Source: a virus. Taken from it: 64,000 nucleotides of DNA. The first letter of the stretch is position 1. The number at the start of each line of letters is the position of its first letter. Shown here piece after piece: positions 48,286 through 58,287 of this stretch. The notes under the pieces are model-generated. The model saw only the letters and a list, made by a program, of their open reading frames with translations, was not told the DNA's origin and ran no database searches. The stretch spans positions 22,217 through 86,216 of IMG/VR virus record IMGVR_UViG_3300021373_002787; one strand, given 5' to 3'. The position numbers were made by a program, and so were the translations under genes.

Positions 48286-48876
48286 TTATGACCAAGTAAT
48301 GTCGTGCGAAGCAACGATGTACCAGGTATTTGTTCCACTGAAGTATCTTAAGGTTACTGAAGAATTAACATTGTCAAGCACTAAACTTGTAGCACCCAAC
48401 GTTCCAGCACCAGAAACAACTTCTACTCCACTTGCGTTTGTACTCATAATAAGGACCTCTTGACCATCTTCTCCTGTTGGTAACTGAATAGTTGCAGCAT
48501 TAGCAAAGAATGTGCTAATCGCTGAAAAATCGGGAGTTCCTGATGCAGATCCATTTCCTGAACCTGGAGCACCTTGCTTACCAGACTTAATAACTGCTTT
48601 TGTTAGGTTAGCAGATTGTCCAAAACTAGCAGCAACGCTAAACGTCGCGGTAGTTGAGTCTACTTGTAAAATTGCAGTATTAACGTTATTAACAATTGTT
48701 GAAAGAGTTAATTGTTGCGCAGAAATGCTATCAATTCCAGTAATTGTTGAGGTTACTGGATCAATAAGTGCTGTAATATCAGCGATCTCGTTGTTTAATG
48801 CCGTAAAATTACTGTTAATTGTTGGTCTAGAGCCAGATAATGAATCAGTTCCTAGAATTTCTGTAATGTTTGCCAT
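48286..48876 (-). CDS. Putative short fibre or baseplate structural protein
   Basis: N-terminal ILGTDSLSGSRPTINSNF resembles the N-terminus of the fibre at 34961; small-residue, beta-rich. Confidence 0.55.
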   Translation of the reverse strand: MANITEILGTDSLSGSRPTINSNFTALNNEIADITALIDPVTSTITGIDSISAQQLTLSTIVNNVNTAILQVDSTTATFSVAASFGQSANLTKAVIKSGKQGAPGSGNGSASGTPDFSAISTFFANAATIQLPTGEDGQEVLIMSTNASGVEVVSGAGTLGATSLVLDNVNSSVTLRYFSGTNTWYIVASHDITWS

Positions 48877-48889
48877 CTTTTTATTTTAT

Positions 48890-51625
48890 TTAGTTTACTT
48901 TTAACATATTTCTATGTATTGAGTTAGTATTACCATTCGAATCTTCAACCTCTAACGAAATAGTGTACTCGCCAGGGTGTCTGAATAGATATGTTAACAC
49001 TATATCACCATAATATATATCACTTTTATCTGGTGCAGTATTATTAGTTATTGTCCATTTGTTTAATTTCATTCCCGGCATCTTAGAGAATTCAGGGCAG
49101 AATGTAACATGGGTTGATCTATTAACGCTTCTCCAGTCGCTGTAGATTTCAGTATCGTCAAAGGTTGGATTGTATGCTCTTCCATGATATTCGCCATCGG
49201 TTGTTCCATTAGTAAGAGTTACTGAATCATAGTCAAATGTTCTAGAGTAGCCCTTTCCGACAACTAAAATATAGATGAAAGTCTCGGTTCCATTTATATC
49301 TTCGAACACTGGGTTGAAATTAAATTTAGAGATAATAGGATCTGTAGAAGCGTTAAGTTCGTCAGCAAGGGCTTGCCATCCTGTAATATCAACGTTTGAT
49401 ACAGGTGTAGCAACAGTTACCTCAACGCTTCCTGTCTCTATCTCGTTCGTTGAAGGGTTCGTGTGTACTATCTCAAGTACTGAACCGTTCTGTATTGTTT
49501 GAATAATAAACGATGAGGTTGTATCAGATCCGACTCTAGTAGCATCCCACCAAAGATCTTCTGTCCATCTCCAATCAAAATCACTATTATCCCAAGAGTA
49601 TGGCCCAGCGGTTTCGCTAAACCCATCTTCAGAAAAAATGTCTTTATATCTTGAAACTGTTGAGAAGTTAATGTCTTCTGGTGAAGTTGTATCATGTACA
49701 TAATTTGCTCTATCAAGCCCTAAATACCAACTAGCATTAATTTCATCTAGTATGTTTTCATTTTGATATGGAGCGTCCCAATATCCTCCTGCCTGGTCGA
49801 ATTTAACCTCTTTTTTATCATTCCATGTGTTTTTACCTCTTCTTTTATAAAACGCATATAGCTCAACCTCTTTAAGATAGACGTCAAGCATGTCATTTTT
49901 AAAGTCGTATGATCTGTGTCCAAACAGGTCGTATGTTCTCATTTCAACGCTATAGGCTCCTTCATATGGTAAAAATACCGGGAATCTTAAATAGTCATCA
50001 ATTGGTCCTCTAAAAGAATGTTCCCATCCATTAGGACCTGTAACGATCCATTCAATTTCATATACCCATCTTTTCCACCAATTATCCCAAGTTACTTGAG
50101 GATCGATTGAATCATTCCAATTGAATTGTGCAGAGTCCCATGTATATTCAAATGTCTTTTGACCATCAAGAATTACTGGACAACCTACAGGAACTTGGGT
50201 ACTATTTGAAATAGAATAATTGAAAGTATCTAGTGGTTGATCGTAATAAGTCTGGTAAAACAGGGTAAATGCCTCTCTAAGATCTGACAATTGTTGAGAA
50301 CTAAGTGTATCGTAGTCTTCAAATGCAGTATTTAAAATTGCTTGAGTATCGGCATATCCGGTTCCGACTGTATCGCTTGGGTCATAAACTTTCTTTAATA
50401 TTAAAGCAACGTCTTCTACAAAAAGCGTTCTTTCGATCGGAAAATGTTCGTATTTAATATCGATACCTTCTGTTACAAATGTAATCGGATTCTGATTATT
50501 CCAAATATTTTGATTCTTTTGTGCAAAGAAGTCTGCCTCTCCGGTAATGTCGACGATTTTAGCATTTAGTGGAAGATATTCTTTGTGTAACTTTCTTTTT
50601 AAGCCATACAATTTAATTAATACCTCTTCTGGCGTAAAATCAAAAACCTCATCTACCTTTGGAATGTCCCATTCATCAACTTCACCATTCGGTACATTAA
50701 TCTTATAGACAAGACTAAAACGACTTGTCTTCTTAAGATTGCTCGAAGGAAGTTCAATATCGAGTTTCTTTCTAATAGCCTCTCCATATTTGCTTGAGTT
50801 TGCAACCGGAATAGCCTTCAACTTACCGAAAGAATTGCTGCCAGTATTAATATTTAACCAATATTCCTTTAGAGTCAAATTATTATACCCAAAAAAGTCA
50901 ATTGCATTTAGAACGGCTTTATATGTTCCAATGAACGGCTTGATATTTGAAAGTTCTAATAAGAGCTCTCTTCTCTTTTGATTTAATAGGATCTGGTCTG
51001 GAGCCATCTCAGTAATATCGTGCTCTTTGAATAGGATAAAATCGCCATCGTCAAGAGTTGCTCCAAAGTTTTGAAGTAGTATCTTTAATCTCTCATCTTC
51101 GCCAACAACCTCTCCGTAGATAAAAATCTTTGCGATAAGTGTTCTAGTACCTCCATTATTTTCATAAACTAGAAGTGTTCTTTGGTGCCTTCCCTCTTCT
51201 CCAGAGCTTAACGCAACATTGATTTGAATAGCTTCATTATCTACTTCAGTTACTTGATTTAATCCATCTACATTTTGTCCAACTGAAGTAGTAGAATCAA
51301 GGATCGGAGCCTCTTTCTCTCCGTCTGTAATCTTTAATACTCCTCCTTGTAAACTCGCACCATATAGATTAATGTCCTCCGATTCGTAGATATTTTCACT
51401 CCACTTGTATTCAAATTTAGAAGCACCTGTCGAAATCGCGATCGGTTTGTTAAGATACACATCACCATTAAGCTCAACCTCTTCCATGATAAAGATATTT
51501 ACTGACTCATATAGGCCAGTAGAAACCTCATCTAAAAAGATCGAAGCTTCCCAAACACCATCTCCATTTTGAACAGCGTTTAAGTTGTACTCGGTACCTT
51601 TAAATATTTTAAGGTTATTGTGCAT
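48890..51625 (-). CDS. Baseplate wedge-like protein with a C-terminal PKD-like domain
   Basis: Follows the gp6-like gene; FIGTYKAVLNAIDFFGY; PGEYTISLEVEDSNGN. Confidence 0.55.
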   Translation of the reverse strand: MHNNLKIFKGTEYNLNAVQNGDGVWEASIFLDEVSTGLYESVNIFIMEEVELNGDVYLNKPIAISTGASKFEYKWSENIYESEDINLYGASLQGGVLKITDGEKEAPILDSTTSVGQNVDGLNQVTEVDNEAIQINVALSSGEEGRHQRTLLVYENNGGTRTLIAKIFIYGEVVGEDERLKILLQNFGATLDDGDFILFKEHDITEMAPDQILLNQKRRELLLELSNIKPFIGTYKAVLNAIDFFGYNNLTLKEYWLNINTGSNSFGKLKAIPVANSSKYGEAIRKKLDIELPSSNLKKTSRFSLVYKINVPNGEVDEWDIPKVDEVFDFTPEEVLIKLYGLKRKLHKEYLPLNAKIVDITGEADFFAQKNQNIWNNQNPITFVTEGIDIKYEHFPIERTLFVEDVALILKKVYDPSDTVGTGYADTQAILNTAFEDYDTLSSQQLSDLREAFTLFYQTYYDQPLDTFNYSISNSTQVPVGCPVILDGQKTFEYTWDSAQFNWNDSIDPQVTWDNWWKRWVYEIEWIVTGPNGWEHSFRGPIDDYLRFPVFLPYEGAYSVEMRTYDLFGHRSYDFKNDMLDVYLKEVELYAFYKRRGKNTWNDKKEVKFDQAGGYWDAPYQNENILDEINASWYLGLDRANYVHDTTSPEDINFSTVSRYKDIFSEDGFSETAGPYSWDNSDFDWRWTEDLWWDATRVGSDTTSSFIIQTIQNGSVLEIVHTNPSTNEIETGSVEVTVATPVSNVDITGWQALADELNASTDPIISKFNFNPVFEDINGTETFIYILVVGKGYSRTFDYDSVTLTNGTTDGEYHGRAYNPTFDDTEIYSDWRSVNRSTHVTFCPEFSKMPGMKLNKWTITNNTAPDKSDIYYGDIVLTYLFRHPGEYTISLEVEDSNGNTNSIHRNMLKVN

Positions 51626-51897
51626 TATTTAACGTTTGTGTTATCTTTTTTAACCGTAAAGTTTTTCCACTGTTGCAATTTCTTTACTGAGTTAATAATC
51701 TCGTTTAAATAATCATTAATGAAAGAGATAAAATCACTCATTGTTTGATTTCTTAAAATATGCCCTGAAAGATTTCTCTGCATTAGACTCTCAGAATAGT
51801 CGAATCCTTGATTTTTCAAGTCATTCTTTCTAGTCTTCGCTCCTGAATAGAGATTCTTAAGTTTATATTTTAATAAGTCCTTATATAAAGATTCCAT
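51625..51897 (-). CDS. Hypothetical protein in the baseplate module
   Basis: TAATG overlaps on both sides. Confidence 0.7.
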   Translation of the reverse strand: MESLYKDLLKYKLKNLYSGAKTRKNDLKNQGFDYSESLMQRNLSGHILRNQTMSDFISFINDYLNEIINSVKKLQQWKNFTVKKDNTNVK

Positions 51898-53723
51898 TAT
51901 AATGCTTTTCTTGTTCCAGCCTGTAATCTAGTATAAACTGTTCTAGGTACTGGCGTTTCGTCAAATGTTACAGAAAGACTTGCTTCTTCGTTAATTTTAG
52001 GAGTGTCTTCAATTAGGTCACCGTCACGGTCTAACCAACCGCCTCTAAATACAGCAACTTCCTCTTTTTCCATAATGATATCGCCCCATTGGTCGAGACC
52101 TGCAATATCATAAGGAATTGAATCGTTCGGCTCAATATTAACCTTCTTTACATCGTCGATTTTCTTAAAGAAGACGTACTTTTGTTTTCCGTTTCCAATA
52201 TCTTCAAGAGTTACAGGTTCTTGAGCTGCTATTGTTGTTGTTACTGACTCATAATATCCAAGTCTTCTTGCTGTCTCTTCGGTTTCACTTCTAAACTGAA
52301 CGTTTACCGCATCTACGCCTTCAACCTCTTCCAAGATGTAGATAATATCACTCTTCGGTAACTTATCTCTTCTTGTAATGTTTAACATATAGTTTGACAC
52401 TGCAGTTCTTATATCATTAAAGATGTCCTCTTTGCTAAATCCTTCAAAATATCTAACTGAAATATCAATAGCATATTTACGAATCTTTGGTCTTACGAAC
52501 TGAACCTCACTTGTTACCATCATTTGACCGCTCTCTTGTAAAACTTCATACATTTTATCGTATTCCGTTTGGTCAAAGAACATTTCCTGCTGTGGAATTG
52601 AGAAGTAGTCCTGATTTTTTGCTAGCTTCTTATTAATATCTGGAACCGCAAAAATATAAACAACATTATCGTCGTCAATATATCCATCATCGCTCGTGTT
52701 ATAAGCATCAATATATGAGAATATTCCATATCTTGATAGGAAATATTCATAATTATCTGGGGTTGCAAGAACAAATGACTTACTTGCAAATGGAGCAATC
52801 ATCTTAGTAAATTCAGTAGATTCAGGCTCCGACCCCATTTTAGGAGCTGAAGTAACCTCAACGTCTAACAATTCGTTTAAGTCGTAGAAATTTCCAGCAG
52901 CATCTTTACCCTCATCAACCCATTTAATTTTTAGGTCTTCTGCATCTTCAATGTTTCCTTTGGCGCCTTCATGTATAATATACTCAACTTCAATTGTCGA
53001 TCCAAGTACTGGAATTGATCCAAAGTTATTTGTTCCAAAATAGATGTCAAGCCCACCGCTAATACCGGTCTTTACAATAAATCCTTTATCGCCTGAGTTC
53101 ATTTCATAGATTGAATTAAATTTAGACCATTGTTCACCATTAACAGAAACCTTAACCAAGTTATGATCAGTTTTTCCGGTTTGTATATTATATGTCTGGA
53201 AACTTTCACCGTCTCCCGTAAGAGTTTGTGTCTCTACTTTACCCTGTACAATAACTGCTTTAATCTTCTCTACTTGAGATTTTGAAATTCTAAACAAGTC
53301 TTTTGATGTTCTTACCATATATGAAAGACCATTTGCCTCAAGTTTAAATTCAGCGTTTGCAGGAATAGAAATACCATCGCCTGCAATTTTGGTGAAATCA
53401 CCAGACTCTGGTTTTAATCTAATCGATATTTCTCCAGTTGCCGCGAACCCTCTAGTTGGATCGTGTCCAGTAAGTCTTGCTAGACCATAAATAGATTCAG
53501 GCTGCTGAGCAGTATAGATGTTTTGTTCTACTGTCGAGTCTTCAACATAGAATAGAATAAGTTCTCCAAGTTCAGAAAGTACTCTTAAGATCTGAGCAAA
53601 TGGAGAAGCGTTAGTAAATAGAGTGTTTGACCTTTCGTAAAGCCTAGAAATATAGGTTCGAGTGTCCTCGAATATCTGTTGAGCCGTTGCTCTTGTTTTT
53701 GTTAAGAATTTTAATTCAGCCAT
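51897..53723 (-). CDS. Baseplate wedge protein (gp6/J-like)
   Basis: TAQQPESIYGLARLTG, IYFGTNNFGSIP, VEY, G.N, ES.E, ATPDNYE. Confidence 0.8.
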   Translation of the reverse strand: MAELKFLTKTRATAQQIFEDTRTYISRLYERSNTLFTNASPFAQILRVLSELGELILFYVEDSTVEQNIYTAQQPESIYGLARLTGHDPTRGFAATGEISIRLKPESGDFTKIAGDGISIPANAEFKLEANGLSYMVRTSKDLFRISKSQVEKIKAVIVQGKVETQTLTGDGESFQTYNIQTGKTDHNLVKVSVNGEQWSKFNSIYEMNSGDKGFIVKTGISGGLDIYFGTNNFGSIPVLGSTIEVEYIIHEGAKGNIEDAEDLKIKWVDEGKDAAGNFYDLNELLDVEVTSAPKMGSEPESTEFTKMIAPFASKSFVLATPDNYEYFLSRYGIFSYIDAYNTSDDGYIDDDNVVYIFAVPDINKKLAKNQDYFSIPQQEMFFDQTEYDKMYEVLQESGQMMVTSEVQFVRPKIRKYAIDISVRYFEGFSKEDIFNDIRTAVSNYMLNITRRDKLPKSDIIYILEEVEGVDAVNVQFRSETEETARRLGYYESVTTTIAAQEPVTLEDIGNGKQKYVFFKKIDDVKKVNIEPNDSIPYDIAGLDQWGDIIMEKEEVAVFRGGWLDRDGDLIEDTPKINEEASLSVTFDETPVPRTVYTRLQAGTRKAL

Positions 53724-53741
53724 CTATCTGGTTTCAATTTT

Positions 53742-54095
53742 TTAAGCAGCTACTGAGACCACAAACGTGTTATCAATAGTAATATCTATATATGCCTCGT
53801 CTCTAATCTCTCCTCTAACGAAAGCAATATCAACATCTACTCCATATTTTCCAGCAAGTGGACAATACTTTGAGATCTGTCTTGTTATCTCGTTTTTTAT
53901 TGTAAATTCATTGGCATTTAATGAATATAAAAGATCGTTAAGACTACATCCAAACTCAACATCGCCCAATACTTCTCCCTTATTGGTAAAAAGTATCGTT
54001 TCGATTTGTGTAATCAATTTCTGAACCTCATCATTTGTTTGAAGTTCAGTTGATCGATAGTTAGGATCTCCTACGGTCTTTATATACAATTCCAT
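53742..54095 (-). CDS. Baseplate wedge protein (gp25-like)
   Basis: ILFTNKGEVLGDVEFGCSLNDLLY. Confidence 0.85.
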   Translation of the reverse strand: MELYIKTVGDPNYRSTELQTNDEVQKLITQIETILFTNKGEVLGDVEFGCSLNDLLYSLNANEFTIKNEITRQISKYCPLAGKYGVDVDIAFVRGEIRDEAYIDITIDNTFVVSVAA

Positions 54096-54111
54096 ATTCT
54101 ATTTATTATAA

Positions 54112-54954
54112 TTAGCTGTGGAACATCCAGTCAACTCCTTCGTCTCCTTTAATTTCTTCATTAATTTCAGCAAGTTCCTCGTCTCCCATTGACTTAATAG
54201 CGTCATAGTCGAAGTCAACATTTCCAGGAAGAGCAAACTTAAAGATTCCAAGTTTAGCACCGAGAGACTGTTTAATCTTAGCACTTACATATCTAAAGAA
54301 AATCTCATCATTGTACAGTGCACAGTCGCTAATTGTTTCATAAACTTGAAGAATCACATCACCCTTTGGGGTGTCTCCCATAAACTTTAACTCTCCAGTT
54401 AATTGTGAATATGAGAATGAAATTGGATTCTCTAGGATTTGTCTAGCTAAATCGACAAGTGAAGCATTAACAACATAATATTGTAACTCTTCTGCAAACT
54501 CGGCAGGACCTGAACCTTCATATGCATCTCTAAATAACATCTTATCAATTGCAAAGTCATTTCCACCTTCAAATCGAAGATCCATTCCTCCACCGCCGCC
54601 TTGCCAGCCGCTTGTTAGGTCCCAAAGACCAAATACTGAATAGACCTCACCAGATCCATCAGGTCTCGCTCCTGGAAGATGTAGAGCTCTGTGGTTTTTA
54701 AAGTATTCACTACTAAAAACAGTTTTCGGAATGTGATAAAAGTTCTCAGTTACCGAATACTCATACTTTTTATAGAACCATTTTTTAGCTCTTTTAATAA
54801 TGTTTAGGATTTCTCGTTGAGGAAGGTTTACCGGAACCATACATGCGCCGGTGATTTCATCTCCAATTTCTTCAAGAAATGCGTTCAAGCAATTATCACC
54901 AAAATCTCTTGGTGTAGTTAGTCCTGAATCGCTTCCACTTCTAATTTCGCTCAT
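54112..54954 (-). CDS. Neck protein (gp13-like)
   Basis: C-terminal YVSAKIKQSLGAKLGIFKFALPGNVDFD...EEL matches the gp13 pattern. Confidence 0.65.
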   Translation of the reverse strand: MSEIRSGSDSGLTTPRDFGDNCLNAFLEEIGDEITGACMVPVNLPQREILNIIKRAKKWFYKKYEYSVTENFYHIPKTVFSSEYFKNHRALHLPGARPDGSGEVYSVFGLWDLTSGWQGGGGGMDLRFEGGNDFAIDKMLFRDAYEGSGPAEFAEELQYYVVNASLVDLARQILENPISFSYSQLTGELKFMGDTPKGDVILQVYETISDCALYNDEIFFRYVSAKIKQSLGAKLGIFKFALPGNVDFDYDAIKSMGDEELAEINEEIKGDEGVDWMFHS

Positions 54955-54955
54955 T

Positions 54956-56269
54956 TTATGAGTTTATTTTTTTACTTACGACAACTTCAGCGTCGTCAAA
55001 TCTTGTTTCATCACTTACAAACCCCTCTCTAAAAATACCACCAATCATCTTTCCTTTGAAAACCCCATCTCTTCCAAACACATAACAGTTTTTAGCAGTG
55101 ACACTACCATTAACATAAGAAGATTTGATCTTTGATTCGGTAACTTCAGTTCCTTGATAAAGATTACAGTATTCTATTGTTGAGTTTTTAACCTTACAAT
55201 TATAAAAGTTCGAATTAAATACATTTCCATTAACCTCACAGTCAACAAGATCAAAACCATCAAGCTCGTAACAAACTGGGAATTTACCATCTTTCACCTG
55301 AATTGCTCCTAAGTCTGAGTCATAGTTAATTATGCCATCTACAAGTCCTCCAACCGATAGAGCAGAAACAATCTTATGTTTAATTCTTTCCCATTGCAAT
55401 CTTATTACGGTGTCTGATTCTTGCAAATCAACCATTAGATCAATTTTCGGAAAATGCTTCTTTAAGTTTTTATGGTCCTTCAATATTTCTCTATATGGAA
55501 GGTTTCTATTAAGAATCTTTTTCAATTCAACTTTATTAGTGTCTGTAAATTCCGTATGAAAGCAAGACTTCCACATTTGAATAATAAATCTATCTAATAG
55601 GTAAAATATATTGTCCTTCTTTTCTTCGTAGTCTTTTCCTCCAACATACCTAAACTCAAGATAATTTTTAATCTTCTTGTCAAAATTTATTCCGTAATAT
55701 TTTGTGTTAGGAAAATTGAAATTATTTACAGTTAAAAAACTATCATTAAAATAGAAAGACTCGTGTTTAGGCATAACCCACTTAATAGACTTTGCATAAA
55801 TTGAATCTTTTCGGTTTGGAAATAATTTATAAACTTGATCCTCATTGAACTCAAGGATAAACTTAAGAACGTTCATCTTTGAGATTGTGTTATTGTCTTC
55901 AAGATAATTCTTATCGAATGAAAGATTTAAGTGAATTGAAGACCTGTCGGTAGTGTAGCCATTTTCTTTTATCCATCCTAGCATTTTTAAGATTACTATT
56001 CTGGCGTTTTTATATGGCATCGCACCGGTAACTAACTCAATTAAGCCTTTACCTCCCGACATGTCAGGTTCTATCTTAAACACCTTATCATCGGGCTGAA
56101 AATCAGAGTGTGCTTTATCTTCGAGCTGTATTTTACGCCCAAGAAGTTCAGAAACTTTTTGTTGAGTTTCCTCTAGACTGTAATTAGAGTAAAACTCAAA
56201 CTCGATCCCAACAAGAGAAGCGTTGAGCACCGAGTTTGAGTCTGAATGTCTATTTAGTGTTTGCATCAA
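54956..56269 (-). CDS. Putative amidoligase (COOH-NH2 ligase) with a C-terminal beta-solenoid
   Basis: GIEFEF, IELVT, SIHLNLS, KYYGIN, YLEFR; repetitive N/S/C-rich C-terminus. Confidence 0.7.
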   Translation of the reverse strand: MMQTLNRHSDSNSVLNASLVGIEFEFYSNYSLEETQQKVSELLGRKIQLEDKAHSDFQPDDKVFKIEPDMSGGKGLIELVTGAMPYKNARIVILKMLGWIKENGYTTDRSSIHLNLSFDKNYLEDNNTISKMNVLKFILEFNEDQVYKLFPNRKDSIYAKSIKWVMPKHESFYFNDSFLTVNNFNFPNTKYYGINFDKKIKNYLEFRYVGGKDYEEKKDNIFYLLDRFIIQMWKSCFHTEFTDTNKVELKKILNRNLPYREILKDHKNLKKHFPKIDLMVDLQESDTVIRLQWERIKHKIVSALSVGGLVDGIINYDSDLGAIQVKDGKFPVCYELDGFDLVDCEVNGNVFNSNFYNCKVKNSTIEYCNLYQGTEVTESKIKSSYVNGSVTAKNCYVFGRDGVFKGKMIGGIFREGFVSDETRFDDAEVVVSKKINS

Positions 56270-56324
56270 ATGATTATGATATTATACCTTTGTTTAGTAT
56301 ATATCACTATCAGTATTGTGCAAT

Positions 56325-57599
56325 TTATTCTGGAAGCTTAAGAAAGATCTTTTGAGAATCTTTATCAATTCTACTAATCTGAACGGTTATCTTATCTCCT
56401 GCATTATATAAATCCATCACTGATGGTTCTAATTCACTAACATGCAAAAGACCAACCAGTCCGGTATCAACTGTTATAAACAACCCGTAATCTTTTTTAG
56501 TTTTTACGGTAGCCTCGACAGTACATGGGCATTTAAACTTTTTATCAACATCTCTCCATGGATTATCGATTGTTTCTGCCTTTTGACTTAACGTTATTTT
56601 AGAATTACTAATTATGTCTTTTACCCAGAATTCAATCACATCTCCTGGTTTAATTTCTCTTGACTTAAATTTAGAGAGCGTGTCAGCGTCTAAATCGTTA
56701 GTGTGAATCATTCCAGTAAGACATGTGTCAAACTCAACAAATACACCATATTTAGCAGTTCCTGTTACACTACCAGTTAGCTTATCTTCGATCTTCGCCT
56801 TTAGCTCTTCAATTTTACCAGGTATAAGAGCTTTTAAGTATTTTCTGTGAGAAACTACAATCGTACCTCTTTCCGCTGAGAAGGATACGGGTACTACATA
56901 TAATTCTTCTCCAAGAATAGAATTAAAGTCGTGTAGCTTGTTGATTCCAGCTAGTGATCCTGGCATGAAACAATCAACTCCTTGAATATTGACGATATAA
57001 CCACCGTTCTCGATTAATCTATCAATCTTACCAACCCATGCTGTATCTCCATCTTCTACTCCAGCCTGTAAGTCTCTAAATACTTTTTGTTTCATTCCAC
57101 CAGAGATAGAACCTAAAACGTGGTCCTCTTTGGCTTGAACAAGAACAGAAACATCATCACCTGGACGATATTCTTCGATAATATATCGAGGTTCTTTAGA
57201 AGTTTTAACATAGACCATTTCTCTCCAGTTAACATCAACTGTAATCCATTCTGAACTAATAGCAAACACTTTACCGTCGATAATTTCACCTTCAGTTACT
57301 GAAGATCTCATATTCGACATGCTATTATGTCCTTCCATTAGGTCATACATCTCTTGAGCATATGGCTCTCTAGAGTAGACCCTGTCTCCTTCTTTAGTCT
57401 TAATGTGTGGATTTGGTTTTCGATAGACTGTAATGCAGGTTGCTTCATAAGCAGCCCAGTCAAATTCACCATTGGCGTCTAGCCAGTTTTCGATGCGGTC
57501 AGCGCCGCCGTCATTTTCAGAATCTGGAGTTTTAACTTCCAGAGTTTCTACGGGAGTAAGTTCTTTCTTCTTAATCCTCGCTCTTTTTTTGTCTGTCAT
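56325..57599 (-). CDS. Ribosomal protein S1-like protein (four S1 domains)
   Basis: GYIVNIQGVDCFMPGS, IVVSHRK, KYGVFVEF...GMIH, DYGLFI...GLLHVSEL. Confidence 0.85.
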   Translation of the reverse strand: MTDKKRARIKKKELTPVETLEVKTPDSENDGGADRIENWLDANGEFDWAAYEATCITVYRKPNPHIKTKEGDRVYSREPYAQEMYDLMEGHNSMSNMRSSVTEGEIIDGKVFAISSEWITVDVNWREMVYVKTSKEPRYIIEEYRPGDDVSVLVQAKEDHVLGSISGGMKQKVFRDLQAGVEDGDTAWVGKIDRLIENGGYIVNIQGVDCFMPGSLAGINKLHDFNSILGEELYVVPVSFSAERGTIVVSHRKYLKALIPGKIEELKAKIEDKLTGSVTGTAKYGVFVEFDTCLTGMIHTNDLDADTLSKFKSREIKPGDVIEFWVKDIISNSKITLSQKAETIDNPWRDVDKKFKCPCTVEATVKTKKDYGLFITVDTGLVGLLHVSELEPSVMDLYNAGDKITVQISRIDKDSQKIFLKLPE

Positions 57600-57642
57600 T
57601 TATTTTTAGATTAAAAGTGTAACAATGTATATATCCTTTAAA

Positions 57643-58287
57643 TTAGAGTGGTCTCATTCCAGTCCATGGAGTTGGCAATGGAAATGGTGGAGTCCCAGGA
57701 ACCAGACCAATATATGCTCCTGTGATTGATAACATATGCTGCTCAAGCCCTTTTCTAATATCACTTGCCATATCTTTGTATGCTTGTTCCTGTGAATTGG
57801 TGTTAAAGTTTCTAGTAAATGCATTCTTAAACCCGTTCGTTACCGAAATTGGATTTCCAGGAAAGAATAAAAGAGATCCTGGAAGAGGAGCCCTTAAAAC
57901 TGCATATTGGGCGGGTGGTGGAAAGGGGCTTATAGATCCTGGAACAGCGGCGGCTCCCCAATATGCAACTACGGCTGCACCAATTGGAGACATCAAGACC
58001 ATGTTAGGTTTGATATTTGTCAATTGCATAGTTTTAAGAGCAGAAAAAATGGCTGCTTGAATTCCAATTTTAGCACCGCTTAAGAGCCCTGTTCCAATAG
58101 GAGTAAGTGGTCTCTTAAAAGTAATAAGTGTTCCTTCCACCGAAGCGATAGCAACTTGATGATACAAATCAGTGATTATCGTTGCAGTCTTAATAAGTTC
58201 AATATCGGGAGAACTTGGCTCTTCTGAAACATCTGCCCTCTCCTGTAACTTTTGCGCTAATTGCTGTTCAAATGTTGCCCAATTCAT
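57643..58287 (-). CDS. Hypothetical Pro/Gly-rich protein, baseplate-associated
   Basis: Downstream of the spike gene; HMLSITGAY...PTPWTG. Confidence 0.6.
   Translation of the reverse strand: MNWATFEQQLAQKLQERADVSEEPSSPDIELIKTATIITDLYHQVAIASVEGTLITFKRPLTPIGTGLLSGAKIGIQAAIFSALKTMQLTNIKPNMVLMSPIGAAVVAYWGAAAVPGSISPFPPPAQYAVLRAPLPGSLLFFPGNPISVTNGFKNAFTRNFNTNSQEQAYKDMASDIRKGLEQHMLSITGAYIGLVPGTPPFPLPTPWTGMRPL

Noticed and set aside
57643-58287. MNWATFEQQL as another leader-family member
   Set aside because: Only FEQ matches; the second aromatic residue and terminal xxE are missing, and the context is the baseplate module.
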